Assembly: GCA_043228905.1 (NCBI GenBank)
Contig: JBHGNT010000008.1
Span: forward strand, 19,964,001 to 20,028,000
Direction of reading: 5' to 3'
DNA length: 64,000 nt
Origin: Azolla caroliniana
Taxonomy: Eukaryota; Plantae; Polypodiophyta
Shown here: piece by piece, positions 51,241-64,000 of the stretch
Numbering within the stretch: the first letter of the stretch is position 1
Layout: each line of letters opens with the position of its first letter
The notes under the pieces: generated by a model
The model's input: the letters and a program-made list of their open reading frames with translations, nothing else
Database searches by the model: none
Told to the model about the DNA's origin: nothing
Position numbers and translations under genes: made by a program

Positions 51241-52257
51241 ATTGTGAAACGCACATACCAAAGGGACACCACACTATTGTAATCTCTATATCAAGTTGTA
51301 CAAGTTTTCATTTTTGTTTATGTTTACACATGAATATTTTTAAAAAAAAATGGTTATACACTTGTATGTTTACACATAAGATTCAATGCATATATGTTTA
51401 TGCTCTGGGATATGCAATGACGAAGCTTGAGGGATAGGGTTCAATATATGAAGACTGTCATGGACATGTCCATGATGCATAACATCACTTTTTCTATCTG
51501 TATTAGATGGTGTGGTTTTGGAAAGATTGGTCAATAAAATGAGCCAGGTAGCCCAAAGAAATTGAACATCATAACATAATGAATCATAAGGGCGTGTGGA
51601 ACAACTATTATGATTGAGGAAATGTTTTGAGATTGTGTTTCTAATCTGAAACGTGTTCCATTTCCTTGGCCCGCGAAGGCTGAACATGAAGGAAGCCCCA
51701 CGTAAAGGTTATCTCACATTAACACACATAAATTTTCCTCATTTATTTCCATGCCTCTAACATATGTATTTTAGAATTTTTGTTAACTAATGCGAAGTAG
51801 TGTTTTTTGGAAAAGAAAAGATAAGATGCAACATTTTGCATATGATATGCAGGCTTGTGAATCCTCAATCTGGCAATCATGGAAAATAAAGCATTTCCTT
51901 CTTCATTGTTAAACTATGAAGCATAGTACTTAATATACTCGAATGCATTGGCAAGCATTCTTTTTCATACGAATGTTAACGAATACGTATGTTATCAAAA
52001 CATTCTTATGTTTTTTTTTACACTTTTTACCTTAACTTTTTTATCTTCAAAAAAATTTACCTTATAATAAATAATGAATACAAAAGTATAGTATTTACCA
52101 TACTTCGAGGGTGTTTACCATACTCGAATGATTGAAACATTCTTGAATGTGAATGCACGCATGGTTCAAACTTCATACTATGCTATAAAGCTTCTTAGGA
52201 GAAGAGTAATGTATGATTTTATATACGAAGGGAAGGTTAGGATTTTATTTTGTTTTT

Positions 52258-52427
52258 TGTTTTTTTTTCCAAAAACAAAACTCCTTCCATTAGTTATACA
52301 ATTTTACATATGAGATTAATATATACAAATCCTTGTAGGGACGCGATAGGTCCATCTTATGTGGATGCTCACCGACTCAATAAAGGGGGAGGTCGACCAT
52401 TGTTGGATGAAGGCTAGTCGTTGTCTT
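52258..52427 (-). mobile_element. Short L1-type 3'-end remnant, copy 2
   Basis: Near copy of 45500-45660. Confidence 0.7.
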
Positions 52428-52599
52428 GATGTTGGGTAGAGAAAAATGAGTAGATATCTAGTGATATAAGCAGGGTCCATAAAGCATGAAAATTGGGTCT
52501 CGCTAAGGGTTTCCATAATGATCATCATAACTTTGATGAGGATATAATTTATTTCTATTTTTATGTTCTAACCAACTATGTTGCAAACAATGGACACAA

Positions 52600-53600
52600 G
52601 TTGTTTGTAGAACAACAAGGAAAGAAGCTTGGAATATCTCCTTGAAATGGATATTCTAATCATCTTTCATTATGCCTACTTTTTGCATTGTCTATTCATG
52701 ATGCAACATTATATTCATAAATGCCCCCTACATAGAAGCCCCATTAGAAAGTATATTAGTACTCAAGCAAACTCCAAACATATAAGTTTTTGATGGTTTC
52801 TCATGTCGGAATGATATCGTAATGGTTCTTAAGGATCCACATAAAACTATTTTTCTATGCAAGTTTGGCACATTTGCCTACAAACAAATACATAATTGTG
52901 CTCACAAATGCCTTGGGTACTTTACCAAAGGGGAATTTAACTCACGTATTTTCCCTACCCCTTCGTTAAGGCAAAGCCACATGTCGATGGTCTATATTGT
53001 GGACTGACATTGAGTGTACACCTTGCTGCTCCCTTCGAGAAATGTCAAAACACCAATTGTTTGAGAACCCATTGAATTGGTGTTGGGTAAACATGAGTCG
53101 GTACTAGATCACATGATGTCAAAACATGACATCATCATGGATTAAGCAAAGATCAACTTCATGTTTGATATGCCACCTTTGACCAACAAAAAACATGCAT
53201 AAGGTTCCATGACCTACATCAACTACTACCCATGATTCATCAAAATGTTCACAATGAAATCAAGTATTACACATGATTCATCAACTATTGAAGGAAATCA
53301 TATGGATAAAGGAATGCAAAAAATCCTTTAAATGAATTAAAGAGTGCCTAACTAAAGCATCAATTCTCAAGTTCCCACACTAGAGCAAGGTTCTCCATGT
53401 TCACATCGGCACTTCAACCTTCGATGTTGAAGTAGTTATAGCCCAACCTAATGTACTTCCCTATAACTGTTTTGCTGAGACACCACCTTATCTGAGTCCA
53501 TAACAATTACTCTACAATGGAAAGGAAGGCACAATACACTATGATCTACGATGCTAAGAAATTTAAACAATACGTATTTGTATATCATTTCTTGTTTTAT
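52600..53600 (+). pseudogene. Highly degenerate Ty3/gypsy RT-RNase H remnant
   Basis: DPHKTIFLCKFGTFAYK, MVYIVD and NYY..FIK-like motifs, with many disablements. Confidence 0.65.
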
Positions 53601-54029
53601 GTGGATCATTGATGGCTTTTACTTAAATCCAATCAACACGACTTGGCAAATGGGGAGAATATCTCACTAGATCATGACACTAATACTACTTCACCCCCAC
53701 CTCAAGCAAACTCTTCCCTTGATCTCAACTACTGCTTTACTTCTCTACTTCTTCTAGCGTGTGTGTGTGTGTGTGTATGTGTGGTTGGCCTCCTCATGAG
53801 TGTTGTAAAGCCTTCCGGAATTCTTCCTCAGTTTTGTTGTAGACAAGGCTTTAGTTCCCGTACCACTTCTTGATGTTGCGGAAACCCAAGTTTGATGTAA
53901 TCCCTTAAGACCTATAAGATCTTACTTAATAAATACCCTAACGAATGCAAACAATGACCACATCACATGATGTTAATGTGACACTCATTCGGGGTGCCAG
54001 TAGGGAAAATTTTATAGTTGAGAATGTTA

Positions 54030-54160
54030 TATATACAAATCCCAATAGGGACACAATAGTTCTATCTTATGTGGATGCCCATTGACTCATTGACTCAAGA
54101 AAGGGAGAGGACGAACATTGTTGGATGAAGGTTGATAGTTGTCTTTCGGCTCCATCGCTT
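54030..54160 (-). mobile_element. Short L1-type 3'-end remnant, copy 3
   Basis: Near copy of 45556-45675, lying just past the chitinase stop. Confidence 0.65.
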
Positions 54161-54181
54161 GTTACCATTCTCACATTATAT

Positions 54182-54700
54182 TTAACAAGAGAGGTTTAAT
54201 CTGGGCTCTATACCCAAGACCGCACAATATGAATTGTACAATTTGATGCGACTTTGTTGGGCGGCTAGGTTGAGAGGCTTGCTTCCAAACTCTAGGCCCC
54301 CGTTGATTGCTTCGATGGTGGCACCAAACCCAGTACCGTTGACCATAGCCTTATAACATGTGGGTGATCCTTGGGTCATCCAGAACCAGGACAACCGTCT
54401 TGAAGGAGATGGGGGGATCTAACACGACGATTCTCGGGGTTGTTGAGTCCATCGAAACTGATGGCATCTCCGACAGCCTCGTAGTTGTAGTTCCACGAGA
54501 GCTGGATGGGGCCACGACCGTACTGTTGGCCGGATGTGCACGGGACGTCGGATGAAGTGTCTGCAGTAAGTGGCCTTGTTAGCCTCAGTCCACATATTGC
54601 CCACCTGGGGTCACAAACAATGAAACACCAATCATCAATCCATATATGGATAGATGGATCAGGATCAATGTGACTTACTTCTGGTCTCGTGTGTGAGTAC
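54182..54700 (-). pseudogene. GH19 chitinase pseudogene
   Basis: HET motif, GT-AG intron 54678-54605, then [47 protein letters not shown] and GFGATIEAINGGLE..LGIEPRLNLSC*, spread over several frames. Confidence 0.88.
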
Positions 54701-56449
54701 TGGTTGAGATAGTAGTCGTATTGGCTGCAGTACTAATCATACGGGGGAGGGCTACAACAGAGATTATTTGCACACGTGGCGCCGCCTCCGCACTGCTGGG
54801 CCAAACACGTGGAAGCTCCGTACAGGAGGAGGAGGAGGAGGAAGAGAAAGAGTGAAGAAACTCAAGTGAACAGAATCAAGTAAGTATACACACAAATAAA
54901 TGTGTCTATTTTTGTGAATGAATATGCAAAGGTGAAAGAGTAGGTGGAGGAAGGAACAAAACATAAAGATGAAAACTTAATAGATTAACTAGTATGGATG
55001 AACATACATGAACGATAGATCTTATTTGCAATATGTCTTTCAAGCTACAACAGAATCCTAACTCACATAAGTCACTAAAGCTACTACAGAGCTTGTATAT
55101 ATCATATAAGAACTCAATATAAAGCATACATTGATTGTATCAAAAACTCTAACCAACACACTGGTGGGATATATTGCTATCTGAAATAACAACCAGAAAG
55201 AACTAAGATATGCCTATGACCTAGAAGGGGGATTCACTACTGGATGCACAGAGAGCATTTGCAAGGCTCTACCTTTTTCGTCTTCATAAACCGCCCTTTT
55301 ATACCTTTATGCAACTTGGACGAAAAAGGAAAGAGAGAAAGAAAAGCCAATTGAGGGCTATGATTTAGGGAGGAGAGGAGATTTAGATTCTGCGGTTGCA
55401 CACCTTTAATCTCGGCATCATCCACGGCAAAAAGGTGCTTCAAAGAGGAACCCGAGCCAAGCGGAACCCAAAAAACACCGCCCGCCCGCCCTGCCCTGCC
55501 CTGCTAGTGGCTGGAGGAGGCTGGGGACGCTCCGCCGGAAGATAGAGGTTGCTTGATATAAGGCTTCATCTAAAGATGTTATTGTGTGTCGTGGGGTTAA
55601 TTGAGAAAACATGAATGAGATCTTATGATAGATCACGTGTGAAAGCCACAATTTGTGTGTTTCGGGTTTCGGGTTTACTTATGATAGATCATGTGCGAAA
55701 GCCAAGTGAGTGAATTGTTGTGTCAGTGTCACACCAGACATAACTTGAAGAGAGATATATGTATGTATGCTCTTGGCAAACTATTGTGTCACATTTGATT
55801 GGTAACTAATGCCATGGAGTATTCATTCATTGCCTTGAAGGGAAAGAAATAGACTCGTAGACCTTGCTTGACTCGATGGATAGACTCTCACGTATGTATG
55901 TATGGTTTCTTTACAAGTCAGCATAACATGAGATCCTAGTAAATATGTGCACCATTATGGTCTAATGTGGCATCCCTCAACAACGAAAACAATATGATTT
56001 CCTTCACTACCAATATTGTTATTCTCAACATATTCAATTGGTATGGTGAATTTTGTTGGAAATAGTTGAGACACTCGCACACAATGATGATCATATAACA
56101 CAACTATAGAAAAGGAATGACAATAAATCATAAGATCATAGAACATAATCAAAGAAAGAGACAAAAGATAGATAGAGAACCAATCAAAATGTTCGAGATG
56201 ACAATGGTACTATTCACAATACTCACTAAATCATGTACACTCAAAATCTCCCAAAATGACCAACAACCTCCAAGCAAATACATATGGTTTTCACCTTGTC
56301 ATTTCTATCTTTACTCATCATGAGACTACAATCACGTATATCTTTTCCGTTCTCCTAGGATAGACACAGAAAAACAAATTGATTAAGAAGCCACATATCA
56401 CCTCACATCAAGGGTAGAATGGCTAAGTTTTTTGAGATTTGGGAATAAC

Positions 56450-59108
56450 GAGGTTGGATATGCATTTGGACACAACAAACCACACATTAAACTCTTTGAT
56501 GGCAACTTCATTGCAATCAAACAAATTCATGATCACCTACATAGCTAAAAACGTAATATCTATAAATAAACTCACAAACAACAACGTCTAGAGAATTCAT
56601 CACAAACATTCACACAAAGGATGTCTTAACTGATAAGGTTGTTTTGTGTCATATGCTTAAGAAGCATATCAATACACAATTTAGACACATCCAACTACAC
56701 CACCCTATTATGGCACCATCAATTAGGCCACCTTAACCATTAGACAATGGTTCACATGGCCAACCTACCTAAAAAATCCAAACTATTCCTTTGTGAAGGG
56801 TGTATCTTTGGTAAGCTCTCTAACCCTCCTTTCCCTCGACACCCTTCAATGAACACCAGACCCCTCCAACTAGTACATGTGGATTTATGTGGTTCCTTAT
56901 CAACTCCATACCTATCTTGAAATGCACCTTTCTGAACATTCATAGATGGTTTTAGTTGTTTCACAATCATCACAAACAACAACGTCTAGAGAATTCATCA
57001 CAAACATTCACACAAAGGATGTCTTAACTGATAAGGTTGTTTTGTGTCATATGCTTAAGAAGCATATCAATACACAATTTAGACACATCCAACTACACCA
57101 CCCTATTATGGCACCATCAATTAGGCCACCTTAACCATTAGACAATGGTTCACATGGTCAACCTACCTAAAAAATCCAAACTATTCCTTTGTGAAGGGTG
57201 TATCTTTGGTAAGCTCTCTAACCCTCCTTTCCCTCGACACCCTTCAATGAACACCAGACCCCTCCAACTAGTACATGTGGATTTATGTGGTTCCTTATCA
57301 ACTCCATACCTATCTTGAAATGCACCTTTCTGAACATTCATAGATGGTTTTAGTTGTTTCACAATCATCACTTTTCAAAATATAAAATCTAGTGATCGAG
57401 TCCTTAAAAGATTCAAGGCTTGTTATAAACTTGTAACAACACAACAAGATCTATCCCATAATGTTTCCAATCAAATAACTATAGAGAATTTACGTTCCAA
57501 AATTTTCAAAACTATTTAAAATATCATGGGATACAATAGAGATTTACAATCTCTTATACCCCTCCACAAAACTCAAGAGATGAACAATCAAACCAGTAGG
57601 ATGCTCACAATTGCTAACTCTCCTAGAACATATTGGGAAGAGGTTTCATATATTAAATAAGACATATAATATATTCTATTACGATAACCCACTTTCATTA
57701 TGGTTTTGTAAAAGTCCAAATTATACTCAAACCTAATCTAGTCTTGGGATGTCCATATTATGCACTCATACCACTAGATACTTTATCTACATTACATAAG
57801 CATGTAGTCCACACATTTCCCCTCCATCTAGTTTATTACGTGCATAACCATAACCACACATTTTCCATAGTTTTTCCTAAGCTTATGATGAGTATGTGTG
57901 GGTTGATTATGAAAGGAACAAGAATATGAATTGTAATATTTAAATCTACGGTGTGGGATAGCTATTAAGTGTGGTATCACTTGATCACATCAAATAAAGC
58001 ACTCAAGTGTGAATATACTAGGTCCTAGGGTTTTTGCCTGTATAAGGAGGCTAGTTACCTCCTTTTTAAAGAAGGCTTCACTTATGTGGAGACTATGATA
58101 CTATAGCTATTGCTCTTGTTAGCTAAGCATGTGTGTTCCTAGGGGTGATTGGGTGGTTTGACACCACTCTTTCCCTTCTTTAGTTTATAATTCCTTATGT
58201 TTTGCTTAATTAATTTGTTAGACTCTTAACATAGTTGTTCTAATTTCACGCCTTGAGAACCCAAACAACCACAACAAAGTGAGCCACAAGTTCCAATCAT
58301 AAATACCAATTGTACCCAACCTTCTAGAAAGTATTCATAATGTGAAACCTTCATGCACCTTGATTATTCACGTTAACACTCTCGCAAAATTTTTTTCCCA
58401 TTACAAAGATCCTTATGCCTTTATGGTAAAATTAGAGACTTTGGTAATGACGACAAAGTAATTCAAAATGTTGTCAAATGTCTCGTCTCCCACTAACGAA
58501 CAATGTGTGGAACATAACAATAAGCTCTACACCCATTTCTAAGAAAGTCTAAACTAGTTGAGATCTCTTTGATCTCATTAGCAAATTAGATGCTCTTAAT
58601 GTAGATAAAAGATGTGAAATAGAGCTCACTTTCTTTGTACCCATCTGCCTTTATGTTAGATAAAGTATTCCTTATTATCCATTGATTATAGATGAGGCAA
58701 TGCAAAGTCCATATGGTGTTGAATGGAAATCCACCAACCATGGACAAAGATCGCGAGTTTCTCTGAACTCATCTCCCTGTTAATCATATCAAACATTCGT
58801 AATTATCCTTTGACTATCGATGAGGCAATGAAAAGTTCATATTGAATGGAAAGTTGCTAACCTTTGAGAAAGAACGTGGATCTCTCTCTTTTAATAAAAA
58901 ACTCTAGTGGCACTTTCAATATGTTGTTCACCTATCTCATGCAAATGGGCGTTGAAGAGAAAAGTACACCGTGGTTGTATAATTGCATGTAAGGAAGCAT
59001 GTCTTGTGGCTCATAGTTTCTCTCAAACAAAGGACTTGATATTAAATCACCAATTCTTTGCATGACATCCTCAAGGCACGCCATTCTTGACATCAAGGCA
59101 TATCGTTT
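56450..59108 (+). mobile_element. Old degenerate copia pol remnant
   Basis: LWHHQLGH, CEGCIFGK and PLQLVHVDLCG integrase motifs; a KAR-like RT start near 59070. Boundaries approximate. Confidence 0.7.
56572..57367 (+). repeat. 398-bp tandem duplication
   Basis: 56572-56969 and 56970-57367 are near-identical, with TCAC microhomology at the junction. Confidence 0.93.
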
Positions 59109-60185
59109 TGATATAGAAACTATATGAAAGCTTGTCCATCCTAATGGGGGAGACAGATGGCAAGCCGAAATCGGCTGAGAGACCAAATGGAGTCGGTCGA
59201 ATGAGAGTCGGTCGAATGGAGTCAATTGAATGGTCCAATGCATTTATACATACATACATATATGTATGTATATATAGTTGTGAGTGGACTGATGAATATT
59301 ATTATCTAAGAGCGAGAGAGAAGATAATATCAGAGAGAGCACACAACCATGTGTGTGTGTGTGAGAAGCGCAAGAGAAGAACTGTGACTGAGCGCGAGAG
59401 AAGAGCATGAAGCAGAGAATTGAAAGAGAGTGAGAGGGAAACAAAGAAGAACGGAGAAAGAGAGTGAAGAAAGGAAGAACAAATGAAGATAGGGAGATAG
59501 AAGAAAACAATAAAGACAAGAAGAAAAAGAGGCTTTGTGGTGGACAAGGTTGAAACCCTAATTAAGGTCTCATACAACGACTTGGTGTACACCATATCCC
59601 AAAATAGGTTTTGTCATTTCATATTGTTGTTGTGTGAGCTTCATCCTCTCTGCAGTTTTCCTCGTGTTTTATATTCCTTGATTCATAGTGAAATTTGTGT
59701 AATCATTTCTGTACACTCTTGGTTCATAGTGAAATTTGGTGGCACTCATGGTTTTTTCCTTGATTTGGGATTTTCCACGTAAATCCAGTGTCATTTATTT
59801 TCTGTTCTGTGTTTTCAAAATATCCCGTGTTTATCTTTGAGTGTAATCATATCAAATTGGTATCAAGGCGCAAGGTTCTAGATGGAAGGGGGTGTGAGTG
59901 GCTTTCCGGGAATGATTGTCCTGAACTCACACAACTACTCAGATTGGAAGATCAAAATGGAAGATCTTATGATAGTCAAAGATCTCTATGAACCCATAGA
60001 AAAAAGTGATATATCCATAGGGGTAATAGAATCTGAGTGGAAAATCCTAAATAGAAAGGTTGTGGCATCTATAAGGCAGTGTGTAGACGTAAGCATCCTA
60101 CAACATGTAGCAAGTGATACAAATGCCTATGAGCTGTGGCATAAACTCTTTGTCCCGTATGAAAAGAAAAATTCCCTAAACAAGA
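59109..60185 (+). mobile_element. copia family C-related 5' LTR (59109-59854), PBS (from 59858) and gag start (from 59882)
   Basis: TGATAT..ATATCA ends and TGGTATCA. MEGGVSGFPGMIVLNSHNYSDWKIKMEDL closely resembles the 22928 gag. Cut by an LTR at 60186. Confidence 0.85.
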
Positions 60186-63100
60186 TGTTGAGAGACAAGC
60201 TCAACATTGGGTGCATAAACGGGTGCGTAACCTAGTGTGTAGATTGGGTGCATAAAACCGTACACAAAATATGGCTGTAGTGGTATGTAAACCGAGAGGC
60301 CGTTAGAATGTTATTCCTCGTAAGGAATAATTTTGGGGGTAAGTGTAGGATGCTCATATATGACCAGTCAGGTACTGTAAGTACTTGTGTTAGCCCAATA
60401 GTCAGTGCTTGTATAAAAAGGTGCTCACTGAGCACGAAGAATGTACAGAGAACATACAGAGAATTATTTTTGAATATAGTTACGTTTTCTGCTCTCTCTC
60501 TCTCTCTCTCTCCCCCCCCCCCCCCCCCTCTCCTTCTCTGTGATTTCTGTGTTTTATCGAACTGTCGTAATTCCGAATCGTATACTCAGTAGCTTACGCA
60601 TACGCTTCCGCACACGTATTCTTTTACATGGTATCAGAGCGCGAGGGTTGAGACTCCTCTGCAGTCGACAGAAAGGCTTGCGATAAAGACAAAGTTAAGT
60701 TATTGTTTTTTTTTCGTAAAGGATAAGACAACAATATGGACAGAGGAATGGGAAGCTCGCTACCAACATAGAAGCTCGATAGGAGCAACTACGCATCTTG
60801 GTCATACAACATGCACCAATATCTGCTTGGTCATGGTTGCTGGAGTTATGTCGAAGGAGTTAATGATGTAGCACCCGAATCAACACACAGATTTTTCGGC
60901 TTGGGAACAAATGGCAAACAGAGTTCTTTACTGCTTCGCGTCCTGTATGAGCGACCAACTCTTGAGCTACATTCGGGATGCTAAGATGCCAAAGGATGTG
61001 TGGGCGAATCTCAATAGGATTTTCGCTGCTAGCACAACGACCAGGAACCTGCAGCTCAGGTAGGAACTCAGTAATGTCCGACAGAAAGATCTGTCTATAG
61101 CCGATTACACGACCCAAATCAAGGAGATCTACGACTCTCACGCCTCCGTCAACGTGAACGTTGAGAAGGACGAAATGGTGCAGGTTTTTCTTGGTGGGTT
61201 AGTGTCAAAGTTCGGAGCGTTCCGGATGGCGGTCTGCTAGCTTCAGTCGATGTTGCTAGTGAGGAAAATCACGCGGGTGCGTCAACGAGTACGCACACCG
61301 ACAACGAGATGTTGTACACGGAGGAAGATGGGCCTCGTAGTTGTGGCGGACGAGGCGGATCGGCTCACAATGGAGGTGACCGAAAAGAGCAGAACGTGTG
61401 GCATAATCAAAATGCCGGAAGCAATTCCGAACCCTTTGGAAGTAGGGTGAGTCATAGGGGTGCCGGAAGCCGACAAGAGAAGGCCGCGACAGAATGCTAG
61501 TACTGTGGCAAGAAAGGCCATAGGGAGAGCAAGTGCTGGAAGAAGAGAGCTAATTCGGACAAAGCCGAATCGAGCGGAAGAGACACAGGAAGGCGTCAGA
61601 AATTGCACTATGCTGAAGGGGCTCCGAACGAGCCAGAAATGGATTGGGCCCAGCCTTCGTAATGAAGCACAAGGCCAATTCGATGGTACCTCAAAATCGA
61701 GCGAGGTGTGATATGTTAATTCCGGAGCATCAAATCATATAACGAGTCATGAGGAATGGTTCTCGTATTTGGAGAAACTGGAAAAGCAAGGAGTGGTCGA
61801 AACAGGAGATGACACTCTGAATACCATCGAACATGTCGAAGAAGTTCCACTGAGCCACGTCGGGTAGAAAGGGAAACTTATGAATGCGTTGCACTTCCTG
61901 ACAATAACCAAGAACCTGGTGTCGTTCGGTCAGATCGTCGACCAGGGGATGCAAGTTTGATTCACGCACCTTGGGTGCTACATCGAAGAGGAAGGCCAAG
62001 TTATCGCGCAAGGGCGCCGTGAAGGGAGGATGTTTATCCTCGACACCAATCAAGCTGGAACAACGTTGTTCGCTAGAGGACAGAAGGTCGAGTCGGACAT
62101 CGATCTATGGCACAAGCGGTTCGGCCAAGTTAACTTCCCATGGCAAATGCAGACGAAGAACATTGTTTTCAACTTGACGAAATTTCGGGGCCGTAATGGC
62201 CAAGTCTGCGAAGCCTGCCAATTCGGGAAGCAACACTGACTTCCATTCCCCAATGAGCGTAATCGTAGTTGATATCCGTTGGATTTGATCCATTCAGATA
62301 TGTGGGGACCGGCATAGAATCTGAGTCTCGGTGGAAGCCGTTACTTCGTAACCTTCATCGATGACGTCACTCGACATACCTGGGCATGCTTAATCGTGAA
62401 AAAGAGCAAAGTCTTTGTGTGGTTCTTGAAGGTGAAAAACCTTGCGAAAAGGGAAACAGGGTGTAGGATCAAGTGCCTCCGGTCCGATGGCGGGACAAAG
62501 TACTTCTCCGTCCAATTCACGAGTTATCTATAGAAGGAGGGAATTTGACGCGAATTCTCATGTAGATATACGCCGGAGCAGAACGGCGGAGTCGAGCAGA
62601 AGAATCGGATGATCGAAGAAGCCACTAGGGCAATGCTTGAAGAGAAGCATATGGCGAAGTTTTACTGGGCTGAAGCCATAAGGACGACTTTTTATTTGCA
62701 GAATTAGACTTCTGCTAATGGAGGAGTGTCGCCACATGAGTTATATTTCGGAAAAAAGCTGAACTTTGCACACTTGAGTATTTTCGGCAACATTGCATAT
62801 GTGCATGTGCCGAAGGAGAAGAGGAGGAAGTTGGACGTCAAAGCCGAGAAGTGTATCTTGGTCGGCTATTCAAACGAGCAGAAGGGGTATAAGTGCTATA
62901 ACCCCTAGACAAAGGAAGTTCACGTAAGTCGAGATGTCGTGTTCGACAAGTTTTTTATTTGCAGAATTAGACTTCTGCTAATGGAGGAGTGTCGCCACAT
63001 GAGTTATATTTCGGAAAAAAGCTGAACTTTGCACACTTGAGTATTTTCGGCAACATTGCATATGTGCATGTGCCGAAGGAGAAGAGGAGGAAGTTGGACG

Positions 63101-63815
63101 TCAAAGCCGAGAAGTGTATCTTGGTCGGCTATTCAAACGAGCAGAAGGGGTATAAGTGCTATAACCCCTAGACAAAGGAAGTTCACGTAAGTCGAGATGT
63201 CGTGTTCGACAAGTCCGCTTCGTGGTACTTACCTTCACCTCCAATACCTCATGATTCCATTCTGAATTTTGAAGAAGAGGTCAGCGAGGCAGAGATGCTT
63301 CTGCCTGATGAGGATATCGAAGCTCTAACAGAGAATCCGATCTCATTTCGGCTAAGTGGGCCGAATGAGGGGTTGGGTCGAGATGGCCAACCAAATGAAG
63401 AGGCGACGAGTTGTGGAGACTCGGTCGTGTTGTCCCCGCATAAACAACCGAGGAAACGTTTTAAGTGTAAAGGAAAAGGGAAGAAGAAAATGTTCGAATA
63501 CTATTTCGGCAGTGCCGAGTCAAACTAGACCGAGTCAGATTTCGAACCAATCGAAAAGGAATCTCCATGGAAGAAATCGGCCGCGTAAAGTCTCAACTTG
63601 CGGCATTGTTCGAAATGAAGGATCTTGGCGACCTTCATTACTTCCTCGAGATCGAAGTGATCCGTTCCCCTGAAGGCATATTGATGAGTCAACGTCATTA
63701 TGCGCTGAATATGCTCTTCAAGTTCGGGATGGTAGATTGTAAGCCCATCTTGACCCCTCTAGATAGAAACGTAAAGCTTCGCTGAGATTCGGGAAAGGTG
63801 TGCGACCCGACATGG
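60186..63815 (+). mobile_element. Degenerate copia family B-related element
   Basis: LTR 60186-60628, PBS TGGTATCAGAGC 60629-60640, gag from ATG 60736, protease and integrase with many stops. Most of RT is deleted near 63570-63590. Confidence 0.9.
62689..63214 (+). repeat. 263-bp tandem duplication in integrase
   Basis: Identical 60-aa ORFs at 62726 and 62989. Confidence 0.93.
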
Positions 63816-64000
63816 TGTCGTGAAGATTTTCGGCAATGGTGTGAAAATCGCATAAAACATACGAAATCAAGTATGAATAATATAAAACAATAATAGTAAA
63901 AATACTATTTTAATATCTTGGTACAAAAAGATGGAGGTCTTCAAGAGCTTTCGAATGCACTTTACTACATAACAAGCGGACATGTAAATCTCAAGTTATG
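63816..64000 (+). mobile_element. Probable terminus of another LTR family inserted in the copia RT
   Basis: Copia homology stops at TGTCGTGAAGATTTTCGGCAA; the same 21-mer occurs at 32468-32488 (reverse complement) and, with one mismatch, at 15843. Confidence 0.55.

Noticed and set aside
55660-55680. Telomere-like GTTTCGGGTTTCGGGTTT
   Set aside because: Too short, and not the TTTAGGG repeat.

Overview
Eukaryotic, transposon-dense plant genomic DNA. The gene and TE content (GT-AG introns, Ty1/copia, L1 and RTE-like LINEs, a short GH19 chitinase) fits a non-seed land plant such as a moss or fern; the taxon is inferred. Main contents: (1) An 11.7-kb Sola2-like DNA transposon (2931-14655; 26-bp GGG..CCC TIRs, TTAT TSD, empty site visible at 33667-33670). 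It carries a disabled spliced DDD transposase and, convergent to it, an apparently intact five-exon ~923-aa coiled-coil/RING-H2 gene; introns of both genes hold AGTAC(T)-rich tandem arrays. (2) A nest of Ty1/copia elements, including a fully intact young one (22128-27753), inside a complex inverted duplication (2187-33748) whose TSD pairs are separated and reordered. (3) Two convergent At5g65660-like small membrane-protein genes. (4) LINE remnants, two solo LTRs with TSDs, a Mutator-type MITE, a gypsy remnant, a frameshifted GH19 chitinase pseudogene, and a second copia nest at the right end. No rRNA, tRNA or CRISPR array was seen. Coordinates were read by eye and no database searches were run.
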